A stretch of DNA of 64,000 bases from Lentimicrobiaceae bacterium (lineage in GTDB: Bacteria > Bacteroidota > Bacteroidia > Bacteroidales > UBA4417). The notes beneath the pieces were generated by a model. That model did not search any database. It saw only the letters and a program-made list of their open reading frames with translations, and was not told the origin of the DNA. The position numbers and the translations under genes are program-made. Of the stretch, positions 45,623 to 56,095 are shown in pieces. The stretch lies in assembly GCA_033809755.1 (NCBI GenBank), contig JAPXLB010000003.1, positions 68,961-132,960 on the forward strand, written 5' to 3'. Position 1 is the stretch's first letter. Each line of letters opens with the position of its first letter.

Positions 45623-46039
45623 CTATTCACCAATCACTATCTCATGCGTAATTTTCATTACCTGCTTGTAAACATGATTTACCCCACAATACTTTTCTAA
45701 CGATAAGTTTACGGCTTTTTCAACTTTTTCCTTATCAATATTATCGCCTTTCAGCTTGTATATGATGTGCATAGCAGTGTAGTGCTTTGGATGTTCTTCG
45801 GTCATTTCGGCTTCAATAACTACGTCAAATTCGTCGAATTGTACTTTCATTTTGTTTAAAATAGATACAACGTCCATTCCTGTACATCCAGCCAATGCTG
45901 TTATCATCAACGGTTTTGGAAGTACACCGCTCTCTTCTCCGCCACTTTCAACCTTCGCATCCATAATTACATCGTGATTGTTAACTTTCGATAGGAATTT
46001 CATCTTTCCTTGCCATTTAGTTTCAATAGTCTGTTTCAT
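45623..46039 (-). CDS. OsmC/Ohr-family peroxiredoxin-like protein
   Basis: PKPLMITALAGCTGMDVVSIL and LEKYCGV. I prefer the start MKQTIE (46039) over the hydrophobic 19-codon extension. Confidence 0.8.
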   Translation of the reverse strand: MKQTIETKWQGKMKFLSKVNNHDVIMDAKVESGGEESGVLPKPLMITALAGCTGMDVVSILNKMKVQFDEFDVVIEAEMTEEHPKHYTAMHIIYKLKGDNIDKEKVEKAVNLSLEKYCGVNHVYKQVMKITHEIVIGE

Positions 46040-46197
46040 AATTAGTAATATTAGTATGTTAGTACAAAAGTATAAAATTGTTTTGCAAAAGTACAAAATA
46101 TCTATATATCTATATGTTTTTATATTTAGATTTGAAACTTTTTAAAATTTTTCCAATTATCAAACTTTGCAGGTTATAAAAATGTTATATATTTGCA

Positions 46198-46355
46198 AGC
46201 GAAAATTGGTTCTACAAAAGATTAAAAGGGAATGCCGTGAGAATCGGCAACAGTACCCGCTGCTGTGAGTTTTAAAAGCATTTTTATTAAGCCACTGTAT
46301 TTTTATGGGAAGGCAAAAATGTACGAAACAAGTCAGAAGACCTACCATTTTCAAA
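46198..46355 (+). promoter_or_regulatory. Cobalamin (B12) riboswitch
   Basis: AAGGGAATGCCGTGAGAATCGGCA, CCCGCTGCTGTGA, GCCACTG, GGGAAGGC and the B12 box AGTCAGAAGACCTACC (46331-46346). P1 is aaaattggt/accatttt. Promoter TTTG 46166-46169 and TATATTTG 46188-46195. Confidence 0.85.
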
Positions 46356-46487
46356 TTACATAATACGACTTCCGGGATTAGAGGTCTGAGATGTGTCGAT
46401 ATTTCAGTATATTACCTCCATCCATTTCGTATTTTGTTATAAATAGATATTGAAGTATTTATTAATGAACAATTAAAATATAACAAA

Positions 46488-49400
46488 ATGAGAAAATTTA
46501 ATCTGTTGCTATTAGCATTAATTGCTATTATTCAAACAAGTGTAGCTCAAACAAAATTGAGCGGAGAGTACATAATTAGCCAAAACACAGCACATAATCC
46601 TGATTATACAAGTTTTCAGGCAGCGATTGACGATGCTACAACCAAAGGTGTACAAGGTATAGTTACCTTTAAGGTTATGCCTGGCACTTATGAAGAGTTT
46701 GTATCTATTACGACTATTAACGACCTAAGTGCTGAAAATCAGATTGTTTTTAAAGGTATAGCTCCCGACAACCAACAAGTTGTTTTAACCGGAAATGCAG
46801 GATATTTAGAAAAACCAATAATTAAATTTTCGGCGGTAAGGTACATTACTTTTAAAAACATGAAAATAGTTACCACATCAAGTAATTATGGGAATTTAGT
46901 TGTGTTTGAAAATAAAGTTAATAACTTGACCTTCGACAGTATATATTTTCATGGTATTGATGTTACTGCTAATACATTTAACAACGACAAACATATTATT
47001 TTCGATAATAGCAAAAGTGCCGATTACACCGATTCGGATTTACATTTTTTAAATTCGCAATTTGTAAATGGTAACATGGCTTTTTACTTACAAGGCAATA
47101 ACGCTATAACTCCGCCCGACAGCAACTTAGTAATTGAAAACTGCACGTTTACAAACCAGTACACAAAAACTATTTATGCCACTTATCAAAAAAACGCTTC
47201 CATCAAAAATAATAAAATCAGCAACAACGAAGATATAAAAAACGGATTTCAAGCTATTGATTTGTTTCGGGTTTACGACAATAGCATAATTGAAAACAAT
47301 ATAATCAACATTGATTTTTCGACAAAAGACGGAACAGGTATTGAAGTTCGTCCTGCTATTGGCTCTGCCACAGAACCTGTTATTATAAGAAATAATATGG
47401 TTAAAATTACTTCCAATTCCAACCTTAATTATGCTTTCAAACTTTCTAACAGTAGTAGCGAAAATGTAATTCTGGCTAACAATACTGCACTTATGCAAGG
47501 CACAGGAAGCGGTGCTGTTGTTTACATTGATGCCGTCATCCCAAACTTTAAAATGTATAATAATCTGTTTGTAAGCGAAAATAGTGGATATATTGTCAGG
47601 CATCAGAAAACGGATATAAGTAATTTTACTTCCAATTTTAACAGATGTCTTTTCAACGGTAACTATTACGGCAGAATCGGCTCAAACGAATATGCTACTT
47701 TACAGGAATGGCAAACGGCTTCCGGTAACGATAATAACACAGAAATTATAAGTACAAATCCTTTTATTTCGAATACCAATCTGCATATAAGTAATAGCAC
47801 AAACCTAACTGTTGCAAATCCTTTGAGCTACGTAACTCACGATATCGACAACGAACTGCGTTCGACAACGACACCGTGTGCAGGTGCTGACGAAATCGTT
47901 TCGGGTGGAAATCTTCCACCATACGTTGCAAACCCTATCAGCGACGTTATTTTTGAAAATGCAAACGACAGCACAATTATTTCGTTAAACAATACTTTTG
48001 CCGACCCCGACGACCCAGATGAGGATATTGTAATAAGTATTGCGTCGAATTCCAATCCGCAATTGGTTGAAGCTACGTTGCTTGCAGGAAACAGAGATTT
48101 GAAAGTCAAACGAATAAGTCCTGATGCAGGCACTTCAACTATAGTTTTATCGGCAAATAGCAATGGACAAACTGTTGAAACTTCTTTTAACGTAATATGC
48201 AATGTTCCGGCAGTTGCTCCCGTTATTGCCAATCAGGTTGACCCTGTGAATTTTACCACGTATCCCGAAACTAAAACCATTAATCTTACCAATGCTTTTG
48301 CAGTTCCGGGCAACCCCAATGCCAACATGCAACTGACAATTCAAAGTTCTACTAACACTCATGTTCAGTCTTCTCTTTCTGCAAATATATTGACCTTACA
48401 GAGAATCAATCCTACAGCTTTCACTAATCACGAAGTTGTAATACGTTGTACGTACAACAGCTTATTTGTTGATATGACAATACTAATGTCGGGCACTGAA
48501 GCTACTGCAGCACATGGTACAGCAACTTTTGAAGATATTACACTGAACAGTAATGGCACATGGACGCCGCCACAAACAGGTGATAATGAAATGATTAGCG
48601 ACACATGGAGCTTTTATAACCATTATCATAATTCGTATTGGGGTGGATTTACCGCTTCAAACAGGACAGATACGACATTAAGCGGAATGGCTGCTCAATA
48701 TACTGCTATTGCAGGCGAAGGCGTAAACGAATCAGAGCAATATGCAGTCGGCTTTACAATGGGTTATCCTGCTGATGTAAAACCCGTTGATAATAATCCG
48801 GACGTTGTTTCGGGCTGCTACGTAACCAACAATTTATGGGCATACAGAGCAATTTTGGAAGGTGATGGTTATGGTCCTGCTTTCGGTGGAAACTCCGGAA
48901 ATGACCCCGACTACTTCAGAGTTTGGGCTGTTGGAAAAAGAGAAAATAACACATATACCGACACATTGTACTACTACCTTGCCGACTACCGTTCGCCAAA
49001 CAACTCGGAAGATTATGTTGTTAACACTTGGGAATGGTTTGACCTTTCTACTATGGGAATTATAAAATCCATACGCTTTGGGTTGCAATCGTCAAGGAGT
49101 AATGCGTGGGGAATGACTACACCTGCTTATTTTTGCATGGACGACTTCAACGGCATCCCTCCCACTACACCAAACCAACCGCCTTACGTTGCTAACAGCA
49201 TCGACGATGTGCTATTTACAACTTATCCTTGTTACGATACATTAGACTTAACTAATACCTTTGCCGACCCCGACGATCCAAGCGACAGTATTGTTTTAAG
49301 CGTTGGTGGTAATACTAATCCGCAACTTGTTCAGGCAACTATTGATGAAAAAACGCTGTATTTGGAAAGACTTTCAAGCGAAAATGATACGGTTCTCATT

Positions 49401-50309
49401 ACCATAAATGCCGAAAGCAATGGACAATACGCCAACACGTCGTTTAATGTGTTTTGTACCGATCCGCAAAACCTTCCGCCTTATGTGTTGAATCCTATTC
49501 CTGATGTTACTTTTGAGTACTATCCCGACTACGATACATTGGATTTATCGAACACATTTGCCGACCCTGACGACCCAAGCGACAGTATTGTGTTAAGCGT
49601 TACAAATAATACAAATCCTGAGCTTGTTCAAACCATTCTGGAAGATAAAACATTGTATTTAGAACGACTTAGTGCCGAAGTAGGCGACGTGGTTATCACC
49701 ATAAATGCCAATAGTGCCGGACAAGAAGTAGCAACCGTATTTACAGTTCATTGCTTGCCTATACCCAATCCTGAGCCGTACTTGGCAAATCCGATTGAGC
49801 ACATTTACATATACGATTATCCTTTCGATACTACGTTCAGCCTGATTGGAACCGTCTCCGACCCTGATGTTTGCGACTCTCTGATAGTATATACAGTCAT
49901 AAATAACAGCTCGCCTAACGATATTGAAGCCGTGATTGACAACAATAGCAATATGACTATTTCCAGATTAAATCCCAATCATGCCGAAGTTGTTGTAACC
50001 GTCAGAGCTACCAGCAACGACCAATTTATCGATTTCGAGATTGATATCACAAACGTATTGTATGAAAACGTGTATTCGTATGATAATTCAACAGCAATAT
50101 ATCCAAATCCTACTTCAAAATACATTAAAATTGAGAGCTCGAAAGATTTTTCTGGATATATGATATTAAATTCTAATGGAAATGTTATTAAGAACAGCGT
50201 TCTTGATAATAAAATAATAGATGTCAGTAATTTAATGCCTGGAAATTACATACTTATAATTATTGATAACAATAGAAAACATACAACACATAAGTTTATC
50301 AAAATATAA
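46488..50309 (+). CDS. 1273-aa secreted multidomain protein with a T9SS C-terminal sorting domain; B12-riboswitch controlled
   Basis: Signal peptide, then a beta-helix-like N-terminal third, then five ~95-aa repeats (PPYVANPI...NTFADPDDP). A central ~210-aa domain (ATFEDITL..YWGGFTASN..PAYFCMDDF, nt ~48520-49150) follows. The C-terminal IYPNPTSKYIKIE...LMPGNYILII is a Por-type secretion tail. Confidence 0.8.
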   Translation: MRKFNLLLLALIAIIQTSVAQTKLSGEYIISQNTAHNPDYTSFQAAIDDATTKGVQGIVTFKVMPGTYEEFVSITTINDLSAENQIVFKGIAPDNQQVVLTGNAGYLEKPIIKFSAVRYITFKNMKIVTTSSNYGNLVVFENKVNNLTFDSIYFHGIDVTANTFNNDKHIIFDNSKSADYTDSDLHFLNSQFVNGNMAFYLQGNNAITPPDSNLVIENCTFTNQYTKTIYATYQKNASIKNNKISNNEDIKNGFQAIDLFRVYDNSIIENNIINIDFSTKDGTGIEVRPAIGSATEPVIIRNNMVKITSNSNLNYAFKLSNSSSENVILANNTALMQGTGSGAVVYIDAVIPNFKMYNNLFVSENSGYIVRHQKTDISNFTSNFNRCLFNGNYYGRIGSNEYATLQEWQTASGNDNNTEIISTNPFISNTNLHISNSTNLTVANPLSYVTHDIDNELRSTTTPCAGADEIVSGGNLPPYVANPISDVIFENANDSTIISLNNTFADPDDPDEDIVISIASNSNPQLVEATLLAGNRDLKVKRISPDAGTSTIVLSANSNGQTVETSFNVICNVPAVAPVIANQVDPVNFTTYPETKTINLTNAFAVPGNPNANMQLTIQSSTNTHVQSSLSANILTLQRINPTAFTNHEVVIRCTYNSLFVDMTILMSGTEATAAHGTATFEDITLNSNGTWTPPQTGDNEMISDTWSFYNHYHNSYWGGFTASNRTDTTLSGMAAQYTAIAGEGVNESEQYAVGFTMGYPADVKPVDNNPDVVSGCYVTNNLWAYRAILEGDGYGPAFGGNSGNDPDYFRVWAVGKRENNTYTDTLYYYLADYRSPNNSEDYVVNTWEWFDLSTMGIIKSIRFGLQSSRSNAWGMTTPAYFCMDDFNGIPPTTPNQPPYVANSIDDVLFTTYPCYDTLDLTNTFADPDDPSDSIVLSVGGNTNPQLVQATIDEKTLYLERLSSENDTVLITINAESNGQYANTSFNVFCTDPQNLPPYVLNPIPDVTFEYYPDYDTLDLSNTFADPDDPSDSIVLSVTNNTNPELVQTILEDKTLYLERLSAEVGDVVITINANSAGQEVATVFTVHCLPIPNPEPYLANPIEHIYIYDYPFDTTFSLIGTVSDPDVCDSLIVYTVINNSSPNDIEAVIDNNSNMTISRLNPNHAEVVVTVRATSNDQFIDFEIDITNVLYENVYSYDNSTAIYPNPTSKYIKIESSKDFSGYMILNSNGNVIKNSVLDNKIIDVSNLMPGNYILIIIDNNRKHTTHKFIKI

Positions 50310-50370
50310 AATGGCTCACGTGGTTTTTTAATTTTTTTGTTTTAGTTAATATTAAACACTACACCATTTG

Positions 50371-50402
50371 CAATACAAGGAGCTACAACGCTCCTTGTGT
50401 TG
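50371..50402 (+). terminator. Stable hairpin downstream of the T9SS gene (terminator-like, no clear U-tract)
   Basis: caatacaaggagc-tacaac-gctccttgtgttg: a 13-bp stem with one wobble. Confidence 0.4.
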
Positions 50403-50493
50403 TATTACGAAATTTTAATTAAATCGAGAACAAAATGTCAAATTTCATTTGTACATTTGCACAATAAATATGTAACAATAAAAACAACAAAAT

Positions 50494-53373
50494 ATGATTA
50501 CAAATAACTTTATTAAACGACACAACGGTCCTACCGAAGAGCAAATTAAACAAATGTTAAATGTTGTCGGTGCAAGCAGTCTCGACGACCTTATGAACCA
50601 AACCATACCCGATAACATCAGATTGCCTAAGCCATTAAATTTACCCAAGGGCATGAACGAATTTGAATACATGAATCACATTTCGGGATTAGCCGAAAAA
50701 AACCAAACATTCAAATCGTTTATCGGACAAGGATATTACGATACCATAACCCCGGGCGTAATTATGCGCAATATATTTGAAAATCCCGGCTGGTACACAT
50801 CATATACGCCTTATCAGGCAGAAATATCGCAAGGACGTTTGGAAGCACTATTAATCTTTCAAACCGTAGTCAGCGATTTAACCGGCATGCCAATAGCCAA
50901 CGCAAGTTTGTTAGACGAAGGTACATCGGCTGCCGAAGCTATGATTATGCTGTATAACACTGCTCCCAAAAATAAAAACGGAGAAAAACCAAATACTTTG
51001 TTAGTCAGCAAAAACACATTCATACAAACTATTGATGTTCTTAATACTCGTGCTCATCGTCTTGGTATTAATGTAAAGTTAGTTGACGACAACAACTTTA
51101 ATTTCAGCGACGATGTTTATGCTATATTGGTACAATATCCCGACAAGAACGGAAATATCAATAACTATAAGGCATTGTGCGAAGAAGCTCATAAAAACAA
51201 CGTAAAAGTAATTGTAGCTGCCGATATTTTAAGTTTAGCTTTGCTAACTCCTCCGGGAGAATGGGGAGCCGATGTTGTTGTTGGTAGTACACAACGTTTG
51301 GGTATCCCGATGGGATTTGGCGGACCTCACGCAGGTTATTTTGCCACTAAAGATGACTACAAACGTAATATTCCGGGACGTATTATTGGTGTTACTATCG
51401 ATAAAAAAGGAAATAAAGCTCTAAGAATGGCGTTGCAAACTCGCGAACAGCACATTAAACGCGAAAGAGCTACTTCAAACATTTGTACTGCTCAAGCTTT
51501 GTTGGCTACTATGGCTGGAATGTATGCCGTTTATCATGGTGCAGAAGGAATTAGAGAAATAGCCAGACATATTAATATTCTTACAGGAGTTTTGGCTCAG
51601 GAAGTTGCAAAATACGGTTATAAACAAATCAACACCGACTTTTTCGATACATTATTAATTCAAATCCCTGACAATGCCAAGATTGAAGACATCAGAAAGA
51701 TGGCTTTGGATAAAAAAATGAACTTACATTATGTCGATGAAAAACATATCAACATAAGTTTGGGAGAAACCGCATGCCTTGATGATATCAATACATTGTT
51801 AGAGATTTTTGCCAAAGCTGCAAATAAAGAGTTTACAAAGTTTGTTTGCAATCCTGATGTTTGCAAAACTATAAAGACTTTTGACGAAGGTTTCAACCGC
51901 AAATCGCCTTATCTGACTGATAGCGTTTTCAACGATTATCACTCCGAAACAGGTATGATGCGTTACTTGAAAAAGTTAGAAAACAGAGACTTGGCTCTAA
52001 ACCGTACAATGATACCATTAGGTTCATGTACAATGAAGCTTAACGCAGCTGTTGAAATGATGCCGTTAAGCTTTAGCAAGTTTACCAATGTACACCCATT
52101 TGCTCCTACCGACCAAGTTCAGGGTTACCTTGAACTTATCAGTAATTTGGAAAGAGATTTATGCGAAATAACCGGCTTTGATTCTATGTCTTTCCAACCT
52201 AACTCGGGTGCTTCGGGCGAATATACCGGTTTGTTGGTTATTCGTGCATATTTGGACAGCATTAATCAAGGACACAGAAACATTTGTTTAATTCCATCGT
52301 CGGCTCACGGAACCAACCCCGCTAGCGCAGTTATGGCAGGAATGACAACTGTTACAGTTAAAAGCGACGAAAATGGCAACATTGACATAGAAGACCTTAA
52401 ACTAAAAGCCGAAAAACACAAAGACAACTTAGGTGCAATTATGGTTACCTACCCTTCAACTCACGGAGTATATGAAGAAGGTATCAGAAAAATTGTTGAT
52501 ATTGTTCACGAAAATGGCGGTCAGGTTTATATGGACGGTGCTAACATGAACGCACAGGTCGGATTTACCAACCCAGGTTTCATAGGAGCCGACGTTTGCC
52601 ACTTGAACCTACACAAGACCTTTGCAATACCTCACGGTGGCGGCGGTCCAGGTGTTGGTCCTATTGGAGTTGCAAAACACCTTACACCATTCTTACCTGG
52701 TCACAGCATTACAAAAATAGGCACCGATAAATCTATTAGTGCTGTGTCTTCGGCTGCATTTGGTAGCGCTTATGTGTTGCCTATTACTTACGGTTACATT
52801 AAACTATTAGGACAAGAAGGATTGGAAAAAGCTACGCAGCTTGCAACACTTAATGCCAACTATTTGAAAAAACGTTTGGAAGGACATTACAAAGTTCTTT
52901 ATACAGGCAAAAACGATCGCGTTGCTCACGAATTTATCATAGATTGTAATCAGTTTTTGAAAACTGCTAATATCACAGCTGCTGACATTGCAAAACGTTT
53001 GATGGACTATGGTTTCCACGCTCCTACTGTGGCTTTCCCGGTTATAGGAACATTGATGATAGAACCTACCGAAAGTGAACCGCTTAGCGAGCTCGACAAA
53101 TTTGCAGATGCTTTAATCGATATCAGAAAAGATATTGCTGATATTGAAAGCGGAAAGTGCGATAAAAACGATAACATCATTAAAGATGCTCCGTTTACAA
53201 TTGAAATGGCTACCGCCGATGATTGGGATAAGCCATATTCGAGACAAAAAGCTCTTTTCCCACTAAATTGTGGTAAAGTAGATAAGTACTTCCCGGCTGT
53301 AACCCGCGTTGACGATGCTTACGGCGACAGAAACTTAATGCCGGTGTACTCGGATTTTGTTAGCAAAGACTAA
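50494..53373 (+). CDS. gcvP: Glycine dehydrogenase (decarboxylating), single-chain P protein
   Basis: 959 aa. YTPYQAEISQGRLEALL, NLHKTFAIPHGGGGPG (PLP lysine). TACATTTG -7 box at 50452-50459. Confidence 0.95.
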   Translation: MITNNFIKRHNGPTEEQIKQMLNVVGASSLDDLMNQTIPDNIRLPKPLNLPKGMNEFEYMNHISGLAEKNQTFKSFIGQGYYDTITPGVIMRNIFENPGWYTSYTPYQAEISQGRLEALLIFQTVVSDLTGMPIANASLLDEGTSAAEAMIMLYNTAPKNKNGEKPNTLLVSKNTFIQTIDVLNTRAHRLGINVKLVDDNNFNFSDDVYAILVQYPDKNGNINNYKALCEEAHKNNVKVIVAADILSLALLTPPGEWGADVVVGSTQRLGIPMGFGGPHAGYFATKDDYKRNIPGRIIGVTIDKKGNKALRMALQTREQHIKRERATSNICTAQALLATMAGMYAVYHGAEGIREIARHINILTGVLAQEVAKYGYKQINTDFFDTLLIQIPDNAKIEDIRKMALDKKMNLHYVDEKHINISLGETACLDDINTLLEIFAKAANKEFTKFVCNPDVCKTIKTFDEGFNRKSPYLTDSVFNDYHSETGMMRYLKKLENRDLALNRTMIPLGSCTMKLNAAVEMMPLSFSKFTNVHPFAPTDQVQGYLELISNLERDLCEITGFDSMSFQPNSGASGEYTGLLVIRAYLDSINQGHRNICLIPSSAHGTNPASAVMAGMTTVTVKSDENGNIDIEDLKLKAEKHKDNLGAIMVTYPSTHGVYEEGIRKIVDIVHENGGQVYMDGANMNAQVGFTNPGFIGADVCHLNLHKTFAIPHGGGGPGVGPIGVAKHLTPFLPGHSITKIGTDKSISAVSSAAFGSAYVLPITYGYIKLLGQEGLEKATQLATLNANYLKKRLEGHYKVLYTGKNDRVAHEFIIDCNQFLKTANITAADIAKRLMDYGFHAPTVAFPVIGTLMIEPTESEPLSELDKFADALIDIRKDIADIESGKCDKNDNIIKDAPFTIEMATADDWDKPYSRQKALFPLNCGKVDKYFPAVTRVDDAYGDRNLMPVYSDFVSKD

Positions 53374-53395
53374 CGTCTTTGGGTGATCGGTAAAA

Positions 53396-53465
53396 GTTCT
53401 GAGTTCTGAGTTCTGAGTTTTGAGTATCTCAACTCGAAACTCTTAACTCAACACTCGTAACTAAC
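53396..53465. repeat. Heptamer-arm hairpin: (GTTCTGA)n / (AACTCNN)n
   Basis: gttctgagttctgagttctgagttttgagt-atctc-aactcgaaactcttaactcaacactcgtaac. The GAG/CTC triplets pair every 7 nt. It lies between convergent genes. Confidence 0.85.
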
Positions 53466-53466
53466 C

Positions 53467-54261
53467 CTACAATCCAAACATCTCGAGCGCCTTAATAGTT
53501 TCTTTATGTGCTGTAGGAGCGGCTGCAACTATTTCGGCTCCGAACAGATAATTATTACCGTTTTTAAAATCGCTGACTACCCCACCCGCTTGCTTTATTA
53601 TGATGACTCCGGCGGCTACGTCCCATGGTTTGAGACCAAACTCGTAAAATCCTTGAAATCTACCGCAAGCGGTATAAGCAATATCGACTGCTGCCGAGCC
53701 TAAACGTCTGACTCCCGACGAATTGCTTAAAAAATACTTAAACACTTTTACATATTCGTCCATTTTTTCGTAGTCTTGATAAGGAAAACCCGTAGCAAAA
53801 AGCGATGAAATAAGTTCGGGTTTGTCGTGTACCGTAATAACTTCGCCATTCAAATAGGATTTAGAGTTTTTATAAGCATAAAAACATTCGTCTAAATTTG
53901 GCTCATAAATTACACCGACAACTATTTCCGAGTCTTCCATAAGAGCAATGCTTGTGCAATATATCGGAACTTTATTAACAAAATTGGTTGTGCCGTCCAA
54001 AGGGTCGATAATCCAATTGTATTTTTCAGCTCTGTGTGTTTCAACACCTTCTTCGGTAATAAATCCGGCTTCGGGCAATATTTTTTTCAATGCCTCGACT
54101 ATCATTTTTTCGGCGTTAACATCAACGTAAGTAACAAAATCGCGTACGCCTTTGTTTTTAATATCCGTAACCTTAATTTTTTCAATTTCAGTCATCAAAA
54201 AGTTGCCGACTTCCTTTGATATTGCTATCACGCTGTCGCATATGTCTTTATAATTTATCAT
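53467..54261 (-). CDS. suhB: Inositol monophosphatase family protein (SuhB-like)
   Basis: WIIDPLDGTTNF and WDVAAGVIII motifs. 264 aa. Confidence 0.85.
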   Translation of the reverse strand: MINYKDICDSVIAISKEVGNFLMTEIEKIKVTDIKNKGVRDFVTYVDVNAEKMIVEALKKILPEAGFITEEGVETHRAEKYNWIIDPLDGTTNFVNKVPIYCTSIALMEDSEIVVGVIYEPNLDECFYAYKNSKSYLNGEVITVHDKPELISSLFATGFPYQDYEKMDEYVKVFKYFLSNSSGVRRLGSAAVDIAYTACGRFQGFYEFGLKPWDVAAGVIIIKQAGGVVSDFKNGNNYLFGAEIVAAAPTAHKETIKALEMFGL

Positions 54262-55559
54262 GATAAAACTTTAACTGTATAACATTCATCTTCAATATCT
54301 AACAATACAACGTCGGTAATTATATTTATCAAATCTTCGTTGTATTCTGATTTTGCTCTTATATAATTTTCGGTAAAACCGTGCATAATATTGTCTTTAT
54401 TATCTTTTTCCCACAACACCTTAGCTTTCAAACCTTTATGCTTTTTATAAAATTCCGACTTTTTCTGCAAACATAATTCATTCAACCTATCATGCCTAAT
54501 GTTTTTTGTATTGCCGTTAACTTTAATATCAAAGCCGGAAGCAACAGTATTAGGACGGTCGGAATAGGTGAAAATATGCAAATCGCTTATATTTAATGAC
54601 TTGATAAAATCGTAGGTTTCATCGAACAACTCGTCGGTTTCGGTAGGAAATCCGACAATAACATCAGCGGCTATGTACGCATCGGGAATAACTTTGTTTA
54701 TATACTTAACTTTTTCTTCAAAAACACTTCTTTTGTACTTTCTACGCATATCTTTGAGAACGCTATCGGAACCGCTTTGCAAAGGAATATGAAAGTGTGG
54801 CATGATGTTTTTTGCCGTCGCAGCCAAATCAATTATTTCAAAAGAAAGCAATTCAGGTTCAATTGATGATATTCTGAGCCGTTCCAATCCATCGACTTGC
54901 GAAAGTTGAACAAGCAAATCGTAAAAATTTTCGTTGTTAGGTTTGCCGAAATCTCCAATGTTAACTCCTGTCAAAACTATTTCCTTAACTCCCGAACCGA
55001 CAATTTCATTGGCTTGCGAAACAATATTCTTTATTGTACCACTCCGACTTTTACCTCTTATATAAGGTATGTAACAGTACGAACAAAAATAATTGCATCC
55101 GTCTTGAACTTTCAAAAAAGAACGTGTACGTTGACCTATTGAGTAAGAATTAAAAAAATTGTTTACGTGTTTTATTGGACTTACATCAACATGTTTTTTA
55201 GAATTGATGTTATACTCATTAAGTATATTTGAAAGTTGATTCTTATTTTCGTTGCCAATTACCCAGTTAACATTTTTCAGATTTAAGTATTTATCGGTGT
55301 TTCCTTGTACATCGCAGCCAATAACGCCTATAAGCGAATTTGGAAATCTTTTAGCCAAACTTCTAACCAAAGTAAGGCACTTTTTCGATGCAACTGAGGT
55401 AACCGAACAGGTATGAATAATAAAAATATCGGCATTGCTTTTAATGTCAACTATCTCGAATTTATTTTTATCTAAATTGTTAATAATAGTACCGGTTTCG
55501 GCAAAGTTTAATTTGCAACCGAAAGTATGAAAAGCAATTCTTGTTTTACTATTTACCAT
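54258..55559 (-). CDS. mtaB: Radical-SAM methylthiotransferase, MtaB type
   Basis: FHTFGCKLNFAETG (MTTase N-domain) and the radical-SAM cluster CNYFCSYCYIPYIRG. 433 aa. Confidence 0.8.
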   Translation of the reverse strand: MVNSKTRIAFHTFGCKLNFAETGTIINNLDKNKFEIVDIKSNADIFIIHTCSVTSVASKKCLTLVRSLAKRFPNSLIGVIGCDVQGNTDKYLNLKNVNWVIGNENKNQLSNILNEYNINSKKHVDVSPIKHVNNFFNSYSIGQRTRSFLKVQDGCNYFCSYCYIPYIRGKSRSGTIKNIVSQANEIVGSGVKEIVLTGVNIGDFGKPNNENFYDLLVQLSQVDGLERLRISSIEPELLSFEIIDLAATAKNIMPHFHIPLQSGSDSVLKDMRRKYKRSVFEEKVKYINKVIPDAYIAADVIVGFPTETDELFDETYDFIKSLNISDLHIFTYSDRPNTVASGFDIKVNGNTKNIRHDRLNELCLQKKSEFYKKHKGLKAKVLWEKDNKDNIMHGFTENYIRAKSEYNEDLINIITDVVLLDIEDECYTVKVLS

Positions 55560-55633
55560 GTTGCAAAGGTACTTCTTTTGCTTTTTTAAAGTGTATATTT
55601 TTGTATTTATACTAGAAATATCTTTAATTACAA

Positions 55634-55665
55634 ATTGGCTTTTGGCTGTTAGCTGTTGGCTTTTG
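55634..55665. repeat. G/T-rich heptamer module (TTGGC/TTAGC type)
   Basis: ttggcttttggctgttagctgttggcttttgc. Confidence 0.75.
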
Positions 55666-55706
55666 CGTCCCTAAATCTCGAGATTGTTGTAAAATTTATC
55701 TTCATA

Positions 55707-55996
55707 GGTTTTATTCTTTTTTATATGTTCTTTTGTCTTAATACAAAAGAACCAAAAAATCAAGGCTGACATTTCTTTTCTGAATTGCGTTCTCATAAAT
55801 CCTAAGTTCGTGCGGGTGATCTCCTCGCAAGCTCGGAGCTTCCCTTTCTCACTAAGGATTTATTTCGAACTACATTCAGAAGAAATGTATGCCATCCTCT
55901 TAAAGCAAAATTTCCGGCTATTGTAATTTCTTCTCACAACAGACTATTAATGCTAAAAGAGTGAAGTTTATTTATTGCAAAAAAACTTAACAAAGT
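55707..55996 (+). repeat. Dispersed structured repeat R1, copy b (partly degenerate stems)
   Basis: Aligns with 33011-33302. The central CTCCGAG/CTCGGAG and GCGGG/CCCGC stems carry mismatches in this copy. Confidence 0.8.
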
Positions 55997-56027
55997 CGCT
56001 GAAACTCAGAACTCGATAACACCCTCC

Positions 56028-56091
56028 ATTTTCGGCATTTCGATACAGCAATATTCGCTTAACTCAATATCGACACTCAATGACCGAAAAT
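56028..56091. repeat. Palindromic unit R3, copy b
   Basis: attttcggcatttcgataca...cactcaatgaccgaaaat. Confidence 0.7.
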
Positions 56092-56095
56092 TTCG

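Noticed and set aside
46160-46354. 64-aa ORF on the - strand
   Set aside because: It overlaps the cobalamin riboswitch aptamer, whose conserved motifs explain the sequence.
50310-50493. Glycine riboswitch upstream of gcvP
   Set aside because: I looked for the conserved GGAGAG...CACCG...CTCTGGAGAG-type cores and found none. There is only a hairpin (50371-50402) and a TACATTTG promoter box.
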